Shown: positions 32,927-45,921, counted from the first letter of the stretch. The stretch: 64,000 bases of DNA from Histomonas meleagridis 2922-C6/04-290x (GCA_020184695.1 JAANOX010000258.1:648676-712675); one strand, 5' to 3'. A program made the numbers and translations. Notes: a model not told the origin generated them from the sequence alone.

Positions 32927-33298
32927 TTTATATATTGTAAAAATTTATGAATAACATATATAAAAAATTCAAGGGTTAAAAAATCACAAAAAGTTAACCT
33001 TTCAGTAACTCGAGCAAACATGCAATATTCATGTCAAATCATTCGAAAAACGCTAATTTACTCGGATTCGTTGAGGGTTCACTTTTTGGTTAAAGTTAAC
33101 CCTCAAAAATTTAATGATACTTTTTTAACATTTTAATTTATGTAAAATGTTTTTTATTGGTGTTTGGATGTGTGTTATTGGAACCATTTACGTTTTAAAT
33201 TCAATCGTAAATACAATGATAAAAATATATGTTGTATTTAACGAAGAGGAAGGAGATAAAAAAGAAATCCCTGAAGATATTAAAAGGTCACTTTACTC

Positions 33299-34118
33299 TT
33301 AAAGTACAACAGTTTTTCTGTAATTATAAAGAAATACTAATTGAATAATAAACCTGCAATATTTCGGATAAATATTATTTTTACCGTTTGTTGTAAATCT
33401 AATGTTAAATGTTGAGCCATCAGTTGGCGCGTTATATAATACAGTAGGTTTTTCATAAAAATCACCTTTGATGCCAATGAATCGTCTCTTCGAATCACTA
33501 AATGAAGCATGAAATTCTAAATACTCTCTGTTCCAAACATTATTAAAAGTCATTACTTCCGTTTGAGTTGACAAATAACTTATACTTTCTGACGTTACAT
33601 CTTGATTTAAGAATTTCAAAAAACTTTCTAAATTAGATGTAGTACTTCCTGAATCAACAATCGCAAATTTTGCGACAAGATTTTGGCTTTCATCCGAGCC
33701 TACATAAGTACAAGCAAAATATAAATTGCCTGAGTCTTCGTATTCATAAGATAATCTATAACTCGCAAATGAATTATTAAAACTATTACAAATTGACGTT
33801 AAAATTTCAAATAAAGTATTTTGCGCCATAACTTGAATTTTAATGATACGTGGATTAGGTGAAGAACCACTGACGCTTTCAGGTTTAGTTACTTCAAACT
33901 GTAATGAGAAAAACGTGAGCGGTCGGCGTTATATCTAATCTTCTTATGCCAATAGCTTTATTCTGTGACGGAGACTCTAACCAACGTTGAGGATAACGGA
34001 AAGTATAACCATTTTGAGGATTTAATACTTCATACTTATCTAAATCAAGATTTGTATAATTTTCTTCAATCGGTAACTGAGACGCAGTTGTTGTAAATTG
34101 ATTTTCAGTTTTATACAT
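33299..34118 (-). pseudogene. Putative minor capsid/jelly-roll-like protein 2 (MYKTENQF...), single +1 frameshift
   Basis: Track ORFs 33894-34118 and 33299-33829 join if GTTTTTCTC loses one T (AHVFSLQFEVTKPES); the outer element copy is in frame here. Structural assignment is inferred. Confidence 0.5.
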
Positions 34119-34134
34119 TTTTATCTTATTAAAA

Positions 34135-36832
34135 ATGTCAAATTCACAGTTTGAAAAAATTGAAAATATAGTTAGAGCATTAATGAATAAAAACAGTGTT
34201 GTATACAGTAATCATTCAAAAACATCTGATACATTATCAAATGGTATATGTACATTACAGATAAATAGTTATGACAAATCATTTGTTTTCACTTACGGAA
34301 GAAATCATGTTGTAATATCACCGTTAGATAATAGTATAAAAAATTTAAAGTATATCAATAATAATATTAAAGTTGATGATATACTTACTGGAGAAAATAT
34401 AATGAAAAATGCATATATAATTGAAATGTTCGGTAATATAAATAAAGTATTGGATTTATATAAACAATTCGTAAAAATCAATGAAGATAGTAATAATGTT
34501 TCAATTACAAATTTAATTATTGATACCATTAATGGTTATTCAACAGATGATTTTGCATTAAAAAATCATACACATGAAATTATTAATAATGATTTAGCTA
34601 TTAATGGAAGTTTAGTTGCAAACACCATTAACGGATATTATATTTCAAACAGTATTGAGGAGGTTCTAATTCAACAGTAAATATTCCATCAATCGCGACT
34701 ATTAAATCAGATGGATTCATGGAAGTCGGTGAGTATATTGTTTTTCATTATAGAGATGATTATAATAAAGATAATACGTGGAGAATTAGAGCAATAACCG
34801 ATACATTAAGTTTTCAAGCAAAAGGTGGAAGTACAATTAGTTTTAATAATAACGGTAATATAACAGTAAATAGTATTAATGGTATTTCTACAAATGATAT
34901 ATCACTAACGACGCATAATCACGACGACAAATACTCTCCGTTAAATCATATTCATAGTGATTATCTAACTAATGCTAACTTAGAAAGTATTAATCATAAA
35001 TTAACAGGAATATATTATAATGAAGAAACAATTATCAATGAAGAAGAAGAAGAGGATATTACTGAAAAATATACTTTAATAAATCAAGATCTTATAGTTA
35101 ATGGTACGATTAATGATATTAACACAGAAGAAATAGCTTTAGTTCGAGACGGAATTTTATCTACCGGAGACGTTATATCATTTGAAAACGGAGTCAGTAT
35201 ATCAACTTATGATAATACTACTGATGAAGGAATTACTGAAAATAATTTATTAATAAATTTTCCTAATGGTAATAGTATCATGTTAGAGGATAGCGGACAT
35301 ACTTATGGTATAATTAATAATGATGGAGAATTAAAAACAGAATACTATTTAACAAAACAAATGATCATTGATGATGAAGACATACAAGAAATTTTAATGG
35401 GACCTCCAGGAGAAGACGGTGAATCCACATATAAAGAAAGTTTTGTTGATAGTATATTTGATATAATAGATACATTTTTTACAGCTGCTGATACAGCATA
35501 TACTATAGCTCAAATTGTAAGTCAAATAAAAAATTTTGGGTGGGCAGGATTTTTATATAATAGTTTTGGGATTAATGTTATGAAGTCAAAAGGTTATTTA
35601 ACCGTTACCATCATTGAAATCAGTAGTTTTTGATGAATATGATATATCGACAGGTGGAATGTTGGAAGATTTAGAAGTTCCAAACGCTGAAGATATTGAC
35701 CAAGAATTTAATGAATATAATTATTTAATAAATCTATTTCCTGAAATGAATATTATATTTAAAAATTTGAAGTATTATTATAAAGACGTCTCTAAAGGTC
35801 AAAGAACAAATGAATTAGGTCTTTTATTAGTCGATTGTCAGATATATAAACGCTTCGTTAATCATAAACATGATAATTATTTAATAGCTGCTGATTTAAA
35901 TAATTATACAGGAATAACTTATCATAAAGATTTATTAGAAACTAATGAAGAGGAGGAAGAAATATATGAAATCTACACGTCAATTAATCAAGATTTAAAG
36001 GTTAATGGATCGCTGATCTCCGATAGCTTTAGCTGTCGCGGTAATGTTGAATGTACAACAATTAATGGTATTGATTTAGATGAATTATCTGTTATCAGTA
36101 ATGATATATTTAATATTAACAATAAATTAACAGGTATTACTTTTAATAAAGATTATGTCGAAACAAATGAAGAAGAAGATATTTATGAAATTTACACGTC
36201 AATTAATCAAGATTTAAAAATAAATGGTAATATAGAATGTACAACTATTAATGGTATTGATACTAATAACTTTTCTTTAACAAATCATACTCACAATCAA
36301 TATTTAACTAATGATAATTTAACTGATATAAATAAGGCTTTAACAGGAATATCATATAATGAATATGGCGATTGGACTAAGATTGAACAAGATTTATTAG
36401 TAGGTAATGATATTTCATGTAGAATATTGACAGCAAGTCGTAATATTAATATTGATTGTAGTAAATATTCAGATGATACAAATATTTATGGGGGATTGTT
36501 TATTCATAGAACTAATGCAATGCCGGGTGATTCTATTAGGATGGAAATAGGTGTATTGCCTTATGGAGATGATTGTAGCGTAATAGAACATTACGTAGGT
36601 TCTGATGATAATATTGATACTTGTCTAAGATTCAAAGTTTGTGATGGCAATTATGTAAGTATATATAAAAATGGTAATATTAGTTGTAATAGTATTAATG
36701 GAATTGATACTAATAATATTTCATTAACAACACATAATCATGATGATAAATATTCTTTATTAAATCATAATCATACAGAATTTAATAATGCTATTACTAT
36801 TAATGGTGAACTTATTGTAAATAGTGATATAT
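34135..36832 (+). pseudogene. Fibre-like virion protein, 3'-truncated left-arm copy
   Basis: Track ORFs 34135-34680, 34719-35633 and 35614-37128 join by single-base indels; homology to the right-arm gene stops at 36832. Confidence 0.75.
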
Positions 36833-37128
36833 ATTTTGATATAAAGAAAATAAATGAAAATATTGACGAAGAAATAGAAACTGCAAAAATTCATTTAAAT
36901 GAATTATATATTCAGTTACTGATTACTTTTATTGTAGAAAATGATTTAATAGAAAAATCACCATTAGAAATTTGTAAACAATATTTAGAAATTAACGAAC
37001 CGAAGGATAAAAGAAGTAAAAAGAATAAAAATATTATTGCAGAACAACATAAAAAAATAAATGAAGTGTTAATTTATGTGAATGAATCATTAAAAAGAAT
37101 TCGCGATATTATTGCCGAAACGGCATAA
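36833..37128 (+). other. Orphan 3' end of an unidentified gene, fused in frame to the truncated fibre gene
   Basis: 97 codons (DIKKINENIDEEIETAKIHLNELY...RIRDIIAETA*) with no counterpart in either arm; converges on the fibre gene stop at 37143. Confidence 0.65.
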
Positions 37129-37142
37129 AATGCCTTGAGGCT

Positions 37143-40100
37143 CTAAGAGCTGAATACAGCTAACAGAGAATCAGATATAATAGCGGTGACTTTTCCAATA
37201 ATCATATTATTTATTTTTGCCGTTAATGGTGTTTCGTCATCTAATATAGTTTCATCATAAAGCACTGTATCGCCAATATTATATTTTGATGAATCAGTAA
37301 CTTTAAAATAATAATCTCCGTGAGTTGCAAAATCAATTGTATCTTGATTAATCGATATGTCTTGTTTAATTGTGTCTCCTATTTGAAAAATTTCACCAGA
37401 GTTATGTTTTGATGTACAAATTCCGATAAATTCTTTATAAGTTCCTGATGATTTAACACTAGGAATACAATTAGTAGAATCAGTAACTGAAGTATAATTA
37501 TTATTATTTAATTTATATACGTTACCTGTTATAAATACAGGAGAGCCAATATCAAAATCATTTAATGTTAATGTTTCGTCTATCGGCGCATTATGCACAA
37601 TAGTTTTATTAATCTGACCTCCACCACTACTTGATATAATAGCTTTTCTGTATGTACCATCTGATATATGCCAAAATCCTAATTCATTTTCATATGATGC
37701 TATACGCCAAGTATAAATACCTGGTGCTTCTGTTGAATTATTATGAAAAACGAAAACAAAAAATCTTCCTTTGTTTAATACAGAAGTTTTGATAAGGAAC
37801 AATATCAGCAGGTTGATGAGTATGAGATGATGGAGTAAATGTTGATGGTTTATCAGTAATATCATTATAACTATGAGTATGTGTATTTAAAGAAAAATTA
37901 TTAACAGGTATATCATTAATAGAAATACAATTTATATTACCATCAATTCCATTGAAACTAATAACACCATCATTATTATCAAGTTTACCGAAATACATAA
38001 CATTGCCGGCAGTTCTTATTCTCCAAGAATAATCACTATTTAAATCATTATTATCATGAAAGTCAATATATTGTCCAACTTCCATTACACCATCTGATTT
38101 AATAGTCGCGATTGATGGAATATTTACTGTTGAATTAGAACCTCCTCCAATACTGTTTGAAATATAATATCCGTTAATGGAATTTGCGACAAGACTACCA
38201 TTAATAGCTAAATCATTATTAATAATTTCATGTGTATGATTTAACGAAGAGTATTTATCGTCATGATTATGTGTTGTTAATGAGTATTCATTATGAGTAT
38301 GATTTAACGAAGAGTATTTATCATCATGATTATGTGTTGTTAATGAATATTCATTATGTGTATGATTTAACGAAGAGTATTTATCATCATGATTATGTGT
38401 TGTTAAAGAATATCTTTCGTCATGATTATGATATTTTAATGAGAATTCTTCAGGTATTTTTCCATTAATTGTTTCACAATATAAATTACCATTAACATTT
38501 AAATCATTATCAATAGTATCATGAGTATGATTTTTTAATGAGAAATTATCAACAGAAATATTATTAATAGAAATACAATTTATATTACCATCAATAAATA
38601 TATCACTATTTACAATAAGTTCACCATTAATAGTAATAGCATTATTAAATTCTGTATGATTATGATTTAATAAAGAATATTTATCATCATGATTATGTGT
38701 TGTTAATGAAATATTATTAGTATCAATTCCATTAATACTATTACAACTAATATTACCATTTTTATATATACTTACATAATTGCCATCACAAACTTTGAAT
38801 CTTAGACAAGTATCAATATTATCATCAGAACCTACGTAATGTTCTATTACGCTACAATCATCTCCATAAGGCAATACACCTATTTCCATCCTAATAGAAT
38901 CACCCGGCATTGCATTAGTTCTATGAATAAACAATCCCCCATAAATATTTGTATCATCTGAATATTTACTACAATCAATATTAATATTACGACTTGCTGT
39001 CAATATTCTACATGAAATATCATTACCTACTAATAAATCTTGTTCAATCTTAGTCCAATCGCCATATTCATTATATGATATTCCTGTTAAAGCCTTATTT
39101 ATATCAGTTAAATTATCATTAGTTAAATATTGATTGTGAGTATGATTTGTTAAAGAAAAGTTATTAGTATCAATACCATTAATAGTTGTACATTCTATAT
39201 TACCATTTATTTTTTTAAATCTTGATTAATTGACGTGTAGATTTCATATATTTCTTCCTCTCCATTTGTAGAGACATAATATATAGTAAAAAGTAATACC
39301 TGTTAATTTATTGTTAATATTAAATATATCATTACTGATAACAGATAATTCATCTAAATCAATACCATTAATTGTTGTACATTCAACATTACCGCGACAG
39401 CTAAAGCTATCGGAGATCAGCGATCCATTAACCTTTAAATCTTGATTAATTGACGTGTAGATTTCATATATTTCTTCCTCCTCTTCATTAGTTTCTAATA
39501 AATCTTTATGATAAGTTATTCCTGTATAATTATTTAAATCAGCAGCTATTAAATAATTATCATGTTTATGATTAACGAAGCGTTTATATATCTGACAATC
39601 GACTAATAAAAGACCTAATTCATTTGTTCTTTGACCTTTAGAGACGTCTTTATAATAATACTTCAAATTTTTAAATATAATATTCATTTCAGGAAATAGA
39701 TTTATTAAATAATTATATTCATTAAATTCTTGGTCTATATCTTCAGCGTTTGGAACTTCTAAATCTTCCAACATTCCACCTGTCGATATATCATATTCAT
39801 CAAAAACTACTGATTTCAATGATGGTAACGGTAAATAACCTTTTTGACTTCATAACATTAAACCCCAAAACTATTATATAAAAATCCTGCCCACCCAAAA
39901 TTTTTTATTTGACTTACAATTTGAGCTATAGTATATGCTGTATCAGCAGCTGTAAAAAATGTATCTATTATATCAAATATACTATCAACAAAACTTTCTT
40001 TATATGTGGATTCACCGTCTTCTCCTGGAGGTCCCATTAAAATTTCTTGTATGTCTTCATCATCAATGATCATTTGTTTTGTTAAATAGTATTCTGTTTT

Positions 40101-41301
40101 TAATTCTCCATCATTATTAATTATACCATAAGTATGTCCGCTATCCTCTAACATGATACTATTACCATTAGGAAAATTTATTAATAAATTATTTTCAGTA
40201 ATTCCTTCATCAGTAGTATTATCATAAGTTGATATACTGACTCCGTTTTCAAATGATATAACGTCTCCGGTAGATAAAATTCCGTCTCGAACTAAAGCTA
40301 TTTCTTCTGTGTTAATATCATTAATCGTACCATTAACTATAAGATCTTGATTTATTAAAGTATATTTTTCAGTAATATCTTCTTCTTCTTCATTGATAAT
40401 TGTTTCTTCATTATAATATATTCCTGTTAATTTATGATTAATACTTTCTAAGTTAGCATTAGTTAGATAATCACTATGAATATGATTTAACGGAGAGTAT
40501 TTGTCGTCGTGATTATGCGTCGTTAGTGATATATCATTTGTAGAAATACCATTAATACTATTTACTGTTATATTACCGTTATTATTAAAACTAATTGTAC
40601 TTCCACCTTTTGCTTGAAAAATTAATGTATCGGTTATTGCTCTAATTCTCCACGTATTATCTTTATTATAATCATCTCTATAATGAAAATCAATATACTC
40701 ACCGACTTCCATGACTCCATCTGATTTAATAGTCGCGATTGATGGAATATTTACTGTTGAATTAGAACCTCCTCCAATACTGTTTGAAATATAATATCCG
40801 TTAATGGTGTTTGCAACTAAACTTCCATTAATAGCTAAATCATTATTAATAATTTCATGTGTATGATTTTTTAATGCAAAATCATCTGTTGAATAACCAT
40901 TAATGGTATCAATAATTAAATTTGTAATTGAAACATTATTACTATCTTCATTGATTTTTTTACGAATTGTTTATATAAATCCAATACTTTATTTATATTA
41001 CCGAACATTTCAATTATATATGCATTTTTCATTATATTTTCTCCAGTAAGTATATCATCAACTTTAATATTATTATTGATATACTTTAAATTTTTTATAC
41101 TATTATCTAACGGTGATATTACAACATGATTTCTTCCGTAAGTGAAAACAAATGATTTGTCATAACTATTTATCTGTAATGTACATATACCATTTGATAA
41201 TGTATCAGATGTTTTTTTGAATGATTACTGTAAACAACACTGTTTTTATTCATTAATGCTCTAACTATATTTTCAATTTTTTCAAACTGTGAATTTGACA
41301 T
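37143..41301 (-). pseudogene. Full-length fibre/tailspike-like gene (~1,380 codons after correcting indels)
   Basis: Track ORFs 39858-40712, 39244-39819, 37741-39003 and 37143-37865 plus the 5' part from ATG 41301. Repeated THNHDDKY, I.C..INGI and MEVG(E/Q)YIDFH...WRIR modules. Confidence 0.75.
38229..38415 (-). repeat. 63-bp (21-aa) His-rich coding repeat x3
   Basis: YSLTTHNHDDKYSSLNHTH(NE); atgatttaacgaagag recurs at 38236, 38299 and 38362. Confidence 0.9.
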
Positions 41302-41317
41302 TTTTAATAAGATAAAA

Positions 41318-42139
41318 ATGTATAAAACTGAAAATCAATTTACAACAACTGCGTCTCAGTTACCGATTGAAGAAAATTATACAAATCTTGATTTAGATAA
41401 GTATGAAGTATTAAATCCTCAAAATGGTTATACTTTCCGTTATCCTCAACGTTGGTTAGAGTCTCCGTCACAGAATAAAGCTATTGGCATAAGAAGATTA
41501 GATATAACGCCGACCGCTCACGTTTTTCTCATTACAGTTTGAAGTAACTAAACCTGAAAGCGTCAGTGGTTCTTCACCTAATCCACGTATCATTAAAATT
41601 CAAGTTATGGCGCAAAATACTTTATTTGAAATTTTAACGTCAATTTGTAATAGTTTTAATAATTCATTTGCGAGTTATAGATTATCTTATGAATACGAAG
41701 ACTCAGGCAATTTATATTTTTGCTTGTACTTATGTAGGCTCGGATGAAAGCCAAAATCTTGTCGCAAAATTCGCGATTGTTGATTCAGGAAGTACTACAT
41801 CTAATTTAGAAAGTTTTTTGAAATTCTTAAATCAAGATGTAACGTCAGAAAGTATAAGTTATTTGTCAACTCAAACGGAAGTAATGACTTTTAAATAATG
41901 TTTGGACCAGAGAGTCTTAAGAATTTCATGCTTCATTTAGTGATTCGAAGAGACGATTCATTGGCATCAAAGGTGATTTTTTTAACAAACCATCTGTCTT
42001 ATATAACGCGCCAACTAATGGCTCAACATTTAACATTAGATTTACAAAAAAAAAAAAAAATAATATTTATCCGAAATATTGCAGGTTTATTATTCAATTA
42101 GTATTTCTTTATAATTACAGAAAAACTGTTGTACTTTAA
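41318..42139 (+). pseudogene. Right-arm copy of putative capsid-like protein 2
   Basis: Mirror of 33299-34118, with the same GTTTTTCTC frameshift and additional indels. Confidence 0.7.
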
Positions 42140-42523
42140 GAGTAAAGTGACCTTTTAATATCTTCAGGGATTTCTTTTTTATCTCCTTCCTCTTCGTTAA
42201 ATACAACATATATTTTTATCATTGTATTTACGATTGAATTTAAAACGTAAATGGTTCCAATAACACACATCCAAACACCAATAAAAAACATTTTACATAA
42301 ATTAAAATGTTAAAAAAGTATCATTAAATTTTTGAGGGTTAAAAAAATAAAAAAATGAACCCTTTTTCTAACCCTCAACGAATCCGAGTAAATTAGCGTT
42401 TTTCGGGTGATCTGACGTGAATATTGCATGTTTGCTCGAGTTACTGAAAGGTTCACTTTTTTGTGTTTTTTTAACCCTTGAATTTTTTATATATGTTTTT
42501 CATAAATTTTTACAATATATAAA

Positions 42524-43174
42524 ATGTATAATGCAGTAATTGATTATACAATTTCTTCCTACGACGCTGAACATTACAATAGAATTGACGTAAACTTACC
42601 GTCACCGCCAACACGTCAAGCAAAAAAATGATTGTAACATCGTTAACGACTAAATGTTCTATTGTTGTTATTGAGGAAGATGTTTTTATACAGATTAACG
42701 GTAAAAAATACTATTTCAATAATGATTACACTGACTTAAACTCTCAAACGTTTATATTACTGTTGAATTCTTTAATTCAAGAATCAGGCGTTACGTCTGA
42801 AGTCGACGAAGCCGGTAGAATTGTATTTACTTCTTCAAATGCCTTTACAATAAATAATGCTTCATATAATATAATTCAAATATCAGGGTTATACTCACAA
42901 ATTCTTCCTATACCATCAACATGGTGCCCTGCACCCGGCTCTGAGAGCCTTAATGGTACAGATACATGGCGCTCTGGCGAATTTTCCGATTATTGTATCA
43001 AACGCTGATTTTGAAATTGACATAAATTCTAATGATTTGTCACATATACAGTTGACACTCGTTGACGCAAACCTTCACGAAATACATTTACTGAATCCAA
43101 TGTATATAACAATTTCTGTTCAAGGCATACAGGATGAAGATTTATTTGTCGGTGAGATTCAAAATCAAAAATGA
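42524..43174 (+). pseudogene. Right-arm copy of putative penton-like protein 1 with ~170-bp deletion
   Basis: Mirror of 32191-32926; deletion between two GGC trinucleotides (left coordinates ~32387-32556). Confidence 0.7.
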
Positions 43175-43235
43175 ATTTTTTATGAAACATTGTTTCGCTC
43201 CGAAGGAGCTCAGGCTCAGAGAGCCGTTCCGAATC

Positions 43236-44102
43236 TTAAGATTCTTTTATTTTTTGATTTATAATAACTCTTCGTGCTTTAATGTGAATACTAAACGTTG
43301 CGTGTGGACTTTGAAGCTTAGAATAAACGGACCATAAATTATTAACATCAAATATTGATGCAGGACTTTCTTTTATTAAGTCATAAAAAAATCATCTTTT
43401 GAAATTCCACTTTTGGTATACTTTTTGTTGTTTGCACACAAATGATAACGTTAATATTAAAGTGTCTGAGTTTTTTAAGTAATCTTGACATCTCCGTTTC
43501 TTTACTTCTCAGCAAAGGATGATTAGCAAAATCATCTAATATCAACAAACATCTATGCGGATAAGTTTTCCATTGATACTTCGCTAACTTCTCGGAAATG
43601 TATTTTAAATTTCTTCTTTGAGTTATTCAAATTATATTTCATAAATAATCTTTCTACTTCTTCATCCGTTTTTCTTAAAATCAGAATTGATATATTTGAT
43701 GATAGAATTATATTTTAAAATTCTCCGAATATATTTATTAATCCAGTCTAACAAATCAGTATCTTTTATCGCAACAAGTTTCGTTTTCTTTATTGCTTCT
43801 TTATAAGTATTTACTGTTTCATCAAATTTTGAGGATGTACTACAAATAGTTATTAATTCAAAAAACGGTTCGTTAAATAATACTTCTTGTTTCGCTCCAA
43901 GTTTAACGTAAAGATATGATTTCCCTGAACCCATCGGCGCTATAAAAGCAGTTATTCCGTTTTGAGCAAATAAAAATTTTTCATGAATGGGTTTTATCTT
44001 AGCATTTTCTAAAATTTCTTTGTTCTGTTTTTCTAATTTATCAAACAATTCTTCTATCTCATCAAATTTTTTATCAACCTCTTTTAAAGAAATTTTTCGC
44101 AT
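43236..44102 (-). pseudogene. Right-arm copy of packaging ATPase (frameshifts, ~37-bp deletion)
   Basis: Identical N-terminal 140 aa including Walker A, then frameshifted. Confidence 0.85.
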
Positions 44103-44142
44103 TATTTTTTATTTATAAAAATAAATTTTTTACCGTTAATAA

Positions 44143-44673
44143 ATGGATTCATTCCAAGATTATTTAATATCAGAATATAAAATTAAGTCGCAAGACAAGT
44201 CTTGCTCCGGCAAGACGCCTTACGCCGCTGTTGATTTTAAATATAATCATAATACAACAGTGAAGATAGACAAACCAACAAATAAACCTATACTTCATAA
44301 TAATATTCTTGTCGGCGTTAAATTTTATGATAAGAATTTAAAACTTCTTGAATCAGTAAATTTAAAGTTTACCGATAACATTCTTACTAAAACAAATGAA
44401 AAGAAACTTGTAAATATTGCTCCTGCAGAATTAAATAATAGATTTATGAAAGCCAGAAATGATATTGTCAAGAAGATCACAAACGAACTTGTTGAGAAAC
44501 GAGAAGAAATTGACAATAGAATTATATCATTAAATGCTTACGTTGGAAATGAGAGTATAGCGATTTCAAAAGAGTTTGAAGGCTTAAAAATAACTTTCCC
44601 GGGAAGCGAGCACACGCGAGCATCGAGCCTTCAGGCGAAGACTACAAACGACAAGAAATCGTTTGATATGTAA
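44143..44673 (+). CDS. Conserved Maverick hypothetical protein (176 aa)
   Basis: Intact ORF; homologs at 30695-31190 and, more diverged, at 48738-49220. Confidence 0.8.
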   Translation: MDSFQDYLISEYKIKSQDKSCSGKTPYAAVDFKYNHNTTVKIDKPTNKPILHNNILVGVKFYDKNLKLLESVNLKFTDNILTKTNEKKLVNIAPAELNNRFMKARNDIVKKITNELVEKREEIDNRIISLNAYVGNESIAISKEFEGLKITFPGSEHTRASSLQAKTTNDKKSFDM

Positions 44674-45921
44674 ATTATATAAAAATAACTATCACATGAC
44701 GAGATATTTTAATTTTTAAATTTCAATGTCAGTTTTTCACTTTTTCAATGAACGCCTTACGTTCGATTCCCGTACAGTGCGTTTTTTGTTAATGTCTTAC
44801 GTTCGATTCCCAAACCTATTGAAATTTATTTTTGAACTTTTTACTCGTTCTACCTTAACGTTCAACTCTAACGTTCTTCCTTAACGTTCGACTCTAACGT
44901 TCTTCCTTAACGTTCACTTTATCCTTCGTCATAAACACCGTCATAAAATTCGTCATCAAATATTTTTTACATTTGCCACTAAATTCAATGTCAATTCAAA
45001 AAATTTTACGTTTGACACTAATTGAAAACATCATTCAAATCTTGTTTTCTGAACTCATTCAAATATCATTTTTGCCCGCCAATTTTTCATCCTTAACGTT
45101 CAATTACCACCAAAATTTTTTTCATTGTAAAATAATTCAATACTTTACTTTTTACAACATTGAAAAAAAAATGCTCCTGTGTCGAGAAACGCGTGTCAGA
45201 TTTTTTTTAAGATTTCAATACTTTTAAAAACTTTTTCAGAACTCATTCAAATTCATTTCCCGCCAATATTTTCAGTACCTATTCAATTATTAATCGTTTT
45301 GCCACCAAATTAAATGACAATTCAAAAAATTTTACATTTGCCATTAAATTAAATTATAATTCAAAATATTTTTTACAACAACTTCAACCGTCATTTTCTC
45401 CGTCCGTTAATTTCCGTTAAATTTTTAAACAGAAAACGTTTAAAAAAAATTTTTTGAAATCCGTTAAAAAAAGTTTATTTTTCACAATTCACTTTTTCAG
45501 CGGTTGTTCGAATTCATCCATCGTCATTTTCTCCGTCAGTTAATTTTTCGTAAACGTATCACTAACGAACGTTAATTTGATATCAACTGACATGTTATAT
45601 GAAATGAAAAGACATGTGATATGAAATGAAAAGACATGTGATATGAAATGATTTTTCGGAAACGACATGTGAAAATGAAAAACAGAAATGTTATGTGAAA
45701 TGTTTATATAAAAGTGACACAGACATGTGATATGAAAATTTACACAAAAAGTGACACTCGAAAAGTGACACAAAATTTCTGAGGGTTAAAAAAATAAAAA
45801 AGTGAACCCTTTTTTTGAACCCTCAACGAAACGAAGTAAATTAACATCTTTCGGATGATTTTACAAAATAAAAAATTAAAGCTAATTTTAAAAAAATTTA
45901 ATTTTTTATTTTTAATAAAAT

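Larger units (their letters stand above)
28336..36832 (+). repeat. Left arm of giant inverted repeat (8,497 bp)
   Basis: Reverse complement of 38598-47697; identity ends at AATAGTGATATAT (36820-36832). Confidence 0.93.
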
